This document shows positions 41,781 through 50,349 of a DNA stretch of 64,000 bases, one piece after another; position 1 is the stretch's first letter, and each line of letters starts with the position of its first letter. The notes below the pieces were generated by a model. It made no database searches. It was not told where the DNA came from and worked only from the letters and a program-made list of their open reading frames with translations. The translations under genes were made by a program, and so were the position numbers. The stretch comes from Acidobacteriota bacterium. Its GTDB lineage: Bacteria; Acidobacteriota; Vicinamibacteria; Marinacidobacterales; SMYC01. The DNA lies in contig SMYC01000045.1 in NCBI GenBank assembly GCA_004356105.1, positions 172 through 64,171 of the forward strand. The letters run 5' to 3'.

Positions 41781-43625
41781 TCAGAGCCTCACGATCGGGA
41801 TGGAGACCGATATTTGCGCCGAACGGCCATCCTGATAACGAATCTCGGTCTCGAGCGCGACCGTTAGCGCATCCCCATCGAGGGCCGTGACGAGAGCGCG
41901 ATAACGCTCCGCCACCGCTCGGCGACGCACTTTGCGGGTACGCGTGAGCTCGGCGTCGTCCGCGTCGAGCTCCTTGTGAAGGAGGAGGAAACGCTTCACT
42001 CGTATCGCTTCGGGAAGCTTCTCGTTGACGCGGCGAAGCTCCGCCGTCAGCAGCTCGAGCACCGCTTCTTGTTGGGACAAGTCGACGAAGGTCGTGAACG
42101 GCACTTGTCGCCTTTCCGCCCAGGTGCTGACATTCTGGAAGTCGATCGACACGAGCGCGGTGACGAAGGGGCGGCCATCGCCGCCAAAGACGACCGCTTC
42201 TCGAACGTAAGGGCTGAACTTGAGCTTGTTCTCGACGAATTGCGGGCTGAAGGCTGTGCCGTCCGCGAGGCGAGACACGTCTTCGACGCGGTCGATCACG
42301 ACGAGCTGCCCATCCGCATCGAGATAGCCCGCATCGCCCGAATAGAGCCAGCCGTCTCGGAGCACTTCCCGGGTACCGGCCTCGTTATTGTAATAGCCGG
42401 CGAAGACCGCTTGACTCCGCGAGATGATCTCTCCGTCCTCCGTAATGCGAAGCTCGGTTCCGGGGAGAGGCTCGCCCATGGTGTCCGGCTTCACCGCGCC
42501 GTCACGATGCACGACCGAAATGCCGGAGACTTCCGTCTGACCGTAGATCTGCTTCAAGTTCACGCCTAGCTCGTGAAAAAACCGTAGGGTATCGGGTCCG
42601 AGCGCGGCGCCGCCGGTATAGGCGTGTTTCAAACGCCGGAGTCCGAGCCCGTCGCGAATCCAATACAGGCAAACGAGATCCGCTAGGCGTTTCGAAACGC
42701 CGTTATGATTCCCGTCGAGGACCCAGTCGAGCACGCGACGCTTCAGCCAAGTCGCGTCTTCTCGCTTCATTTGCACTTCCGACAAGAGGCTTTCCCAAAT
42801 CCGAGGCGGCGAGAACATGACGTGCGGCGCAATCTCCCGAAGGTCTTCTGTGACCGTCTCCGGCTCCTCGGGAAAGTTCACCGTCGCGCCTGTCACGAGC
42901 GCGGAAGACACCGACATCATCTGCTCTCCTACCCAGGCGAGCGGAAGAAACGACACGAGCTCGTCCCCGGGGCCGAGCGGGTCGACCGCCATCAAGCTCT
43001 TGGCCATCGAGACAAGATTGCGATGGGTCAGCATGGCGAGCTTGGGTGTCCCCGTCGTGCCCGACGTGGTCGCAAGAAGCGCCACATCGTCGGGCGAGGT
43101 CTCCGCGACGAGTGCATCAAACGCGCCCGGGTCTTCTGTTTGGGACGCACGTCCAGAGGCCGCGAGCTCCGAAAGCGGCATGAGGCAAGGATCGTCGTAG
43201 TCCCGCATCCCGCGCGGATCGCTTACGATGACGCGCTCGAGCTTGGGAAGACGGTGGCGTACTTCCAAAACCTTGTCGACCTGCTCTTGATCTTCGGCGA
43301 TGAGAAGCTTGGCTCCGGAGGCATCGGCGAGCACGAAGAGCTCCTCGCTGACGGAGTCTTGGTAGATACCAAGAGGGATCGCGCCCAGCGCTTGGGCCGC
43401 AAGCTCCGAGAGCACCCACTCGGGCCGGTTATCCCCAACGATCGCGACGATGTCGCCCCGGCCGATACCCAGAGCTCGGAGGCCAAGGCAAAGCTCCTCG
43501 ACGCGGTCGCGATAGCCACGCCACGTGATCGCGCGCCAGATCCCGTAAGACTTCTCACGAAGCGCCTGCGCGTCTGGCGAAGCTTTTGCGCGCCCGCAAA
43601 GAAGCTTCGGAAGCGTGTCGGTCAC
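41781..43625 (-). CDS. Long-chain fatty-acid-CoA ligase (AMP-binding)
   Basis: TTSGTTGTPKLAMLTH, YGQTE, GWLYSGDAG, ELTRTRKVRR. Confidence 0.93.
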   Translation of the reverse strand: MTDTLPKLLCGRAKASPDAQALREKSYGIWRAITWRGYRDRVEELCLGLRALGIGRGDIVAIVGDNRPEWVLSELAAQALGAIPLGIYQDSVSEELFVLADASGAKLLIAEDQEQVDKVLEVRHRLPKLERVIVSDPRGMRDYDDPCLMPLSELAASGRASQTEDPGAFDALVAETSPDDVALLATTSGTTGTPKLAMLTHRNLVSMAKSLMAVDPLGPGDELVSFLPLAWVGEQMMSVSSALVTGATVNFPEEPETVTEDLREIAPHVMFSPPRIWESLLSEVQMKREDATWLKRRVLDWVLDGNHNGVSKRLADLVCLYWIRDGLGLRRLKHAYTGGAALGPDTLRFFHELGVNLKQIYGQTEVSGISVVHRDGAVKPDTMGEPLPGTELRITEDGEIISRSQAVFAGYYNNEAGTREVLRDGWLYSGDAGYLDADGQLVVIDRVEDVSRLADGTAFSPQFVENKLKFSPYVREAVVFGGDGRPFVTALVSIDFQNVSTWAERRQVPFTTFVDLSQQEAVLELLTAELRRVNEKLPEAIRVKRFLLLHKELDADDAELTRTRKVRRRAVAERYRALVTALDGDALTVALETEIRYQDGRSAQISVSIPIVRL

Positions 43626-44590
43626 GCGCGCACCGAAGCGACGACGTCGCGGATAGCCTGCACCACGAGGTCGGGCTCTTCGAGAGGAATCCAGTGGTCG
43701 TGTGTCTCGGCGATGACATGACGCCCCGACCGGCTGAGAGCGACGGTCGAGAGCTGATCGTCGAGACGCTGCGGGCTCGGATCCGCCGCGGTCATCACGA
43801 TGAGCGGGATGTCGCCGAGGGAGGTCGTTTCCGCCGCGAGCAAGGCGGCGCTCTCCGGTGCGTTCTCGATTTGACTCGCGAGCGCTTCGAGAGTCGTTCG
43901 CCGCACCCAGAACGAACGCAGTTGTGGCCGGATGGACGCGGGCGTTTTTCCGAGTAGCGAAGCGATCCGGTTGTGCTCGGACGAAGAGCGGAACCGGACG
44001 AGCTGCAAGAAGGCGCGCATGACTCCAAATCGCGCGCCAAAGGCGGCAAGCCGCGCCATGCGGGCACCGCGCGCCACGCGCGCACGCTGCGTGCTACCGG
44101 GCTCGACCCACTCGCGGGGATGCGGGGTGTCCACGAGCACGAGGCCGGCGACGAGAGCCGGGCGACGCGACGCCAAGAGCTGCGCTATCCATCCGCCATA
44201 AGAGTGCCCCACGAGAACGAAAGGCCCCTCGACATCCGCGTTCGACAAAAGCTCGTAGAGTTCGAGCGTCATGTGGTGGAGCGTGCGCGGATGCGGGCCC
44301 CTGTCGCTCCAACCGAACCCAGCGCGGTCATAGCTAACGACTTTGGTGAAGCGCGCGACCTCCGGCTGAATCTTCGACCAGCTCAACGATGAGCCCGCGA
44401 GCGCCGAGTCGAGCACGACGGTGGGGCCACCCTCACCGAGAACGTGAAGATGCATCCGATAACCGCCGACATCGATGAGCTTGCCTGGCGGAGGAAATCG
44501 ATGCCGCTCGCGACGCGACGCAAGCCAGTGATAAAGATAGGCAGACGCCGCCAAAAGAAACGCCAGCACGGCGACAACGGCAAGCATCAA
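43622..44590 (-). CDS. Membrane-anchored alpha/beta hydrolase
   Basis: N-terminal TM, YDRAGFGWSD, VGHSYGG, C-terminal His. Confidence 0.9.
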   Translation of the reverse strand: MMLAVVAVLAFLLAASAYLYHWLASRRERHRFPPPGKLIDVGGYRMHLHVLGEGGPTVVLDSALAGSSLSWSKIQPEVARFTKVVSYDRAGFGWSDRGPHPRTLHHMTLELYELLSNADVEGPFVLVGHSYGGWIAQLLASRRPALVAGLVLVDTPHPREWVEPGSTQRARVARGARMARLAAFGARFGVMRAFLQLVRFRSSSEHNRIASLLGKTPASIRPQLRSFWVRRTTLEALASQIENAPESAALLAAETTSLGDIPLIVMTAADPSPQRLDDQLSTVALSRSGRHVIAETHDHWIPLEEPDLVVQAIRDVVASVRA

Positions 44591-45408
44591 GAGACGGCCT
44601 CGCCAAGATAAGCTTGGATGACGCGCTCGTCGTTGCGAATGGTCTCGGGCGGCCCCTCAGCGAGCTTCCTGCCAAAATCGAGAACAACGATCCGCTCCGC
44701 GAGATCCATCACGACGCCCATATCGTGCTCGATCAACACTACCGCAACGCCTCTCTCTTCGTGAACGTCGAGGACGAAACGCGCCATGTCTTCTTTTTCT
44801 TCGCTATTCATCCCCGCCATCGGCTCGTCGAGAAGAAGCAGTGTGGGATCCATAGCGAGCGCGCGGCCGAGCTCCACACGCTTCTGAAGACCATAGGGAA
44901 GGGACCCCACCGTCTTGTCGCGAATGCGCTCGATCTCGAGAAAGTCGATGATCTCCTCGACGACCTGCCGCTCCCGGATCTCTTCTTTTTCTTGAAGGCC
45001 CCAATAAAACCCTGAGCCGAGGACCCCGCCTTTCATATGGACGTGCCGGCCGAGCATGAGGTTCTCGAGCACGCTCATGTGACGGAAGAGCTCGAGATTC
45101 TGGAACGAGCGCGCAATACCGAGCGCGGCCCTGTGATGTGCCTTCTTGCGCGTGAGGTCGCGGTGAACGGCCGCGCGATCGACGAACCCGATAGCACCCG
45201 ACTGAGCTCGGTAGAGCCCGCTTACGCAATTGAGAAGACAGGTCTTGCCCGCGCCGTTCGGTCCGATGATCGCGAGAAGCTCGCCCGGTTGGACGGAGAG
45301 CGAAACGTCTGAAAGAGCCGCGAGCCCGCCGAAGCGCAGCGTGAGATGATCGACGTGTAGTGCGCCGGGGCGGCCCGAGCTCGTGCTCACCGGCAAACGA
45401 TACACCAA
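44587..45408 (-). CDS. HAAT ABC transporter ATPase (LivG-like)
   Basis: RFGGLAAL, GPNGAGKT, LPYGLQKRVELGRAL, LLDEP, IEHDM. Confidence 0.93.
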   Translation of the reverse strand: MVYRLPVSTSSGRPGALHVDHLTLRFGGLAALSDVSLSVQPGELLAIIGPNGAGKTCLLNCVSGLYRAQSGAIGFVDRAAVHRDLTRKKAHHRAALGIARSFQNLELFRHMSVLENLMLGRHVHMKGGVLGSGFYWGLQEKEEIRERQVVEEIIDFLEIERIRDKTVGSLPYGLQKRVELGRALAMDPTLLLLDEPMAGMNSEEKEDMARFVLDVHEERGVAVVLIEHDMGVVMDLAERIVVLDFGRKLAEGPPETIRNDERVIQAYLGEAVS

Positions 45409-45503
45409 ACCAATGGCGCTACGATTCCGTGGCGATGAGGTCCCTAAATCTGGTCACCAGCCGTCGAGGAGCCCGCCGTCGAACCACTCCGACAAAATGT
45501 AGA
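45370..45503 (+). repeat. Left copy of 134-bp direct repeat bounding the CRISPR-remnant island
   Basis: Ungapped match to 49050-49183; 116/134 identical by manual count, with a 41-bp perfect core. Confidence 0.92.
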
Positions 45504-45593
45504 AGAAAACGACCGGCGGCGGCGGAGCTTCGGAGCTCATGTGTACTTTGATCGCGGAGTCTCATAGAATCGTCGTCAGATTTTCGAATTGGG

Positions 45594-45836
45594 ATGTCGA
45601 GAAACGTTCAGGTTCTTCGCCAGTGGCTCCTTTTCCAGAAGCTCGAGCGCGCGAGGGGCGCGACGCTCGAAGAGCTCGTTGGAGGCCTGCCCTCGGACTA
45701 CGCGTGCCATCCGCGCACCGTCCGCCGCGACCTCGAGGTGCTCGAGACCAACTTTCCCGTGATCACCGACCGAAGAGACGGCAAAACGATCTGGCGTCTC
45801 ATGAACAGCACGTTTGGATTTCGAGATCGCTGTTGA
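45594..45836 (+). pseudogene. N-terminal HTH of a WYL-domain regulator (truncated)
   Basis: MSRNVQVLRQWLL...GATLEEL...RTVRRDLEVLE...FPV; WYL domain absent. Confidence 0.7.
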
Positions 45837-45995
45837 AGGCCCCATCGTCCTCGGCCGGAGCCGCCACCTTGGGGGAGGGTTCTTTGCGCGGGCGGGGAGC
45901 GCCTCGTCATGAAGGTGCGGACGATTCGGCGTCTACCCCTTGGAGATAGATCTAATTGTGTCTTCCCCCGGCTGAACGTTGCCTAGCCCGTCGGG

Positions 45996-47032
45996 TTGCT
46001 CGAAGGGCGGGCTGCGGCCCGGGCGATGCGCGATCGTCTCCCGCCGGGGTGGTCCGTTGAACTCCGCTCGGAGAGCGGCGAGCCCGTCCTGTCACTGCAG
46101 GCACCTGACGGGCGCGCGGCGGAGCTGGCCGTGGTCGCGCGGCGACGCGTATTGCCGAGGGACGTTCCGAACCTGCTTCGGCAGGCCACAGGTCGCGCAC
46201 AGCGTCTTCTGCTCGTCGGGCCCTTTCTCAGCCCTAGGTCTCGCGATTTGCTCATCGAGGCTAACGCGAGCTACGCGGACGCCACCGGAAACCTTAGGGT
46301 CGTGATCGATGAGCCAGCCGTTTTCCTGGAGGCGCGCGGAGCCGAGCGCGATCCCGACCGGTAGCCCCGAGCACTTCGAAGCCTGAAGGGGGCGATCGCC
46401 GGTCGCGTCGTGCGCGCGCTATGCGACTTCGTTCCGCCTTATGGCGTGCGCACGCTCGCAGAGATCTCCCCCACCCCGCTCGGGACGGTGTCACGCGTGG
46501 TGAGCTTCCTTGAAGATTGAAGAGGAAGCGCTGATTACCCGTGACGACAAGAAGCAGATCCTTTCCGTCGACTGGGCTCCTCTCATCGCCCGGTGGGTCC
46601 GGGATTACAGCGTGACGCGATCCAACGTCCTGCGTTCGTACATCGAGCCGCGCGGCCTCGCCGCTCTGGGTCTAAAGATCAGCAAGCTGCAACGATACGC
46701 AGTTACGGGCTCGTTGGCGGCGCCCGGAACAGCCCCCGCGAGACTCGCCATGTTCTACGTGGATGACACGGTCTGCCGCCGAGACCCTGGAGCTCCTCCC
46801 GACCGAAGCGGGAACCAATGTCTGGCTGCTCGAGCCATTCGACGAGGTCGTGTTCGATCGAACCGAGTCGCGACCGTTCGTGCTGTCTCCGGAGGAGACC
46901 TCCGTGGTCGTAGCGGCGCCGAGCCAAGTCGTGGCGGACTTGCTGACGAGCCCGGGTCGAGCTCCGCAAGAAGGCGAAGCGCTCCTCGAGAAGATGAAAG
47001 GAACCGAGGATGCCTGGCGCCGCAAAGTATGA
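45996..47032 (+). pseudogene. Type IV TA AbiEi-like antitoxin with an internal stop and two frameshifts
   Basis: Fragments 45996-46364 (YADATGNL), readthrough HTH (GVRTLAE...GTVSRVV), 46510 onward (YAVTGSLAA), 46763-47032 (APSQVVADLL...GRAPQEGEAL). Confidence 0.65.
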
Positions 47033-47819
47033 ACCCGAGTACGTAGCAGCGCGACGAGTCCTACTCGACGTTCTCGAGGCCCTGAACGCACACCGGAAGG
47101 CGCTGGTTCTCGTTGGTGCACAAGCCATCTACCTTCACGTGGGGGAAGGTGACCTCGCGGTCTCGCCCTACACGACAGACGGAGACCTCGTTATCGACCC
47201 GCGTAAGCTCGACGACGAGCCGGCCACTCGCCGAAACCCTCGAAGCTGTCGGGTTCGAGCTCGCTGTTCGTCCGGGAGGCTGGACGATGGACGCGGTACA
47301 AATCGATCTCATGGTCCCCGCGTCCATGGGCGGTTCAGGACGCCGAGGAGCTCGACTCGGGGTGCACGGAAACGATGTGGCGCGCAAAGCGTCTGGCCTG
47401 GAAGGAGCCGTGGTCGACTATGGGCCCCTTCGCGTTGCAGCACTTGACCCAACGGACGAGCGCGCCTTCGTCGTGAACGTCGCCGGTGTTGCCGCACTTC
47501 TGGTCGCCAAACTACACAAAGTTGACGAGCGCAAGAACGAGGCCGCGCGACGACAGGACAAAGATGGGCTCGACGTTTGCGGCTGCTTCGTTTCGCGGAA
47601 ACTGCCCATCTCGCGACGACTCTGACGAAGCTCGCCGAGCATCCCATCGCGGGTGAAGTGACACGCGAGGCACGGGGCTTCCTGGGGGAGCTCTTTTCGG
47701 AGCGCGACGCCGCGGGTGCGGCGATGGCTGTTCGTGCCAGCGTTGGCCTCGAGGATGAGCTCGTCATCGCCATCTCTTGCGAGACGCTCGCCCGTCGGCT
47801 CCTTGCTGCCTGGAAGTAA
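47010..47819 (+). pseudogene. AbiEii/GSU2403-like nucleotidyltransferase, frameshifted
   Basis: LVLVGAQAIY, YTTDGDLVID, QIDLMVP, LLVAKLHK, KDGLD spread across three frames. Confidence 0.7.
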
Positions 47820-48124
47820 GCGGCGCCGGCGACTTTCCAGACGTGCATGGAAGTCGCGTCCTGTCTTCTGAAGTCCGGAGACTCCACGCGCACAAAGAAT
47901 TGGAAGAAACCCGTTGCGAATGACCTGATGTGTCCAACCGGCGTGGTAAATAACGATACGAGTTCGGGCGAAGGATGTGAGCGAAATCAATGAGCCAATC
48001 AAAAGACAGCGTCGATGATGCGATGGCGGGAATTCTCCCCTCCGAATGTTGAACGAGTACACCTAATGTCCCCGCCTCTTTCATCTGATGCACGTGGAGG
48101 GGAGATGAGAGGACAACCATCGTC

Positions 48125-48448
48125 CTCGGTCACGGGCGGCCCTCTCTCGCGCTCGATCTCATGGAGCCGTTTCGTCCTCTCATCGTGGACTCGGCCGTCT
48201 TGACCGCGGTCAACACGGGAATGGTCAAAGCCAGAGATTTCACGAGGAGCCATGCAAGGTGCATGCTCAATGCCGCCGCACGCAAGGCACTCATTCGCGC
48301 CTACGAGTCACGAATGGACCAGCTCGTAACGCACCCACTGTTCGAGTACCGCTGTTCCTGGCGAAGCATGATCCGCATCCAGGCGCGCCTTGTTTCGCGA
48401 TGGCTCCGCGGCGGCGTGCCCAGATATGAGAACATCGTAAACCGCTGA
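48125..48448 (+). pseudogene. cas1: CRISPR-associated Cas1, 3' fragment
   Basis: GRPSLALDLMEPFRPLIVDSAV...YESRMDQLVTHPLFEY...QARL; directly upstream of cas2. Confidence 0.9.
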
Positions 48449-48460
48449 CGGTGAACCGAG

Positions 48461-48751
48461 ATGAACAGAAAACGCTTTCTGGTCACCTATGACGTCTCGG
48501 ACGATAAACGGAGAACACAGATATTCAAGACACTCTACGCCTACGGCGATCACGCACAGTACAGCGTGTTCTTCTGCGAGCTGAACGCTCGCGAGTACGC
48601 CGAGCTTTGTGGCAGGCTCCGCCGATCGCTCCACCACAAGGAGGACCAGATATTGATCCTCGATTTGGGTTCGGTTGCCAATCCACTGGATGCCGGCCTT
48701 CAGTGTCTCGGGCGACCCTATCGTCCAGCCACGACCGTTCTCGTAGTATGA
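48461..48751 (+). CDS. cas2: CRISPR-associated Cas2
   Basis: FLVTYDVSDDKRR, YGDHAQYSVFFCEL, DQILILDLG. Confidence 0.95.
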   Translation: MNRKRFLVTYDVSDDKRRTQIFKTLYAYGDHAQYSVFFCELNAREYAELCGRLRRSLHHKEDQILILDLGSVANPLDAGLQCLGRPYRPATTVLVV

Positions 48752-48925
48752 CCCGCGAGCGGCGGTGTAATGAGTGAACCCTGGGGATCGCTCGTGGTCT
48801 TTGAAAACTGGACGGTTACACCCGCCTCTCGGGGTTGTCGAGGGCAGGAATCGAAAGCCCATTCGAGGTACCGCTCGAAACAGGGTATATAATGCTTTGT
48901 TCTGTCAAGACTTAGACTTGGCGCT
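48752..48925 (+). promoter_or_regulatory. CRISPR leader
   Basis: Non-coding, lower-GC stretch between cas2 and the first repeat; contains a TATAAT hexamer. Confidence 0.65.
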
Positions 48926-49033
48926 GTTTCCGCGTTCGAGAGAACGCGGCCCCATTGAAGCTGGACGAAAGCGTAATGACACGCTGCTGCGTCAGCAAGT
49001 TCCGCGTTCGAGAGAACGCGGCCCCATTGAAGC
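48926..49033 (+). CRISPR. Minimal CRISPR array: two 36-bp repeats and one 36-bp spacer
   Basis: Repeat GTTTCCGCGTTCGAGAGAACGCGGCCCCATTGAAGC at 48926-48961 and 48998-49033 (2 mismatches at the 5' end); hairpin CCGCGTTC/GAACGCGG; ATTGAAG end; spacer 48962-48997. Confidence 0.92.
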
Positions 49034-49049
49034 GTTGAAAACGCTCCGA

Positions 49050-49183
49050 GCGGCCCGACCTCGTGCTCACCGGGAAACGATACACCAAACCATTGGCGTT
49101 ACGATCCCTTGGCCGGCAAGGTTCTCGAGCTGGTCACCAGCCGTCGAGGAGCCCGCCGTCGAACCACTCCCACAAAATGTAGA
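49050..49183 (+). repeat. Right copy of 134-bp direct repeat
   Basis: Matches 45370-45503 at offset 3680. Confidence 0.92.
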
Positions 49184-50245
49184 GAAAAAGTTGGACCGGT
49201 CGGGAGCTATCGTTTACGGGAACGAGTAGACCCACGTTGGCGAGGACATGTTGACGTACGTTGAGAGAGAGTTGGAGTTGAGGGACGAGATCCCATTCCG
49301 TACCGCCATCTTCGGCTCGTCCAATGATCTCCACCATCGGAGAGAAACTCCGCCCCCAGGTGTTGGCGGTGAACGTCCGCCCGAAGGCCGCCGTCCAGAA
49401 AATCTCTTGCTCGACTCGGTCACGATCGCTCGGTAGCTCGATTCCAGCTTGCAAATGGACGAAAGCATCGCCAGGCAGCAGCTGACCAAAGGAGACGGAC
49501 GGCTCGAAAACAAAGACGCCTTTTCCTTGGCCGTTTCGTTCGCTCCCGTCGGGACGGCGACTTCGGCGTTCAAGCTCAGAATATTGCCGCGATCCAATCG
49601 ATGATAGACGGTGCTCTTAATGCCCAGCGTGACGTCGCCGATCCCTCCCGCCCAGGGATCCCCGCTCGTGCTTTGCCCCGCGCCGAACGGGACCGCGAGC
49701 TCCCATTGGTAGCGCGCGCCGAAGCGACGCTCGTATAGAAGCTCGTTCGTGAGCTCACCCTTTCCTTCCGTGGCTACCCCGACCGTCCAAATGAGCTCGT
49801 CTTCTGGATAGGCCTTTTCCGTGAACATGGGACGCGGAAAATTGAGCTCCCCACTCGGCCAGGCGTCTTCCGCGCAGAATGTGCGAATGAAGTCCACGAT
49901 CTTTTGTAACTGCTCGATGTCGAACGCCTCGCCGAAGGCGGGCATGCTCGCATCGAATCCCCGAACCGGCCCTCCCTGGTGGGAGACGGCAATCCAGTCG
50001 AAGTCAGGCTCCCGCGTCGCGAAACTGCAGTCGGCGAAATCAGGAAGGGGGACGTCGAACGCGACTCGATCGAGCGGAACACCTGCGCCGGTCTCACCGT
50101 GACACTGGGCGCAACCGATTCGGTACAGGCCTTCGCCCGTCGTGGGAAGCTGCGAGCCGTTCACGGCGAGCGAAGAAAGAAGCACGAACAGGATGGCGTA
50201 AGCGGCTATGCAACGCATGAATACGCGGAACACGGTATCACGCAC
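49134..50245 (-). pseudogene. Monoheme cytochrome c fused to a probable beta-barrel domain, frameshifted near 49540
   Basis: Signal peptide, CAQCH, SMPAFG. The second frame resumes GQGKGVFVFEPSVSFGQLL and ends WEWFDGGLLDGW; could be a sequencing indel. Confidence 0.7.
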
Positions 50246-50349
50246 GAGCGAGGATTCCGTTGGTCGATGCGGGTGAAGAGATCCGTTCGCGCTTCGGAGC
50301 CGAAGCTAGTTGCTCTACGATTGACTCTCGCTCATCATGGCTGACTCAC

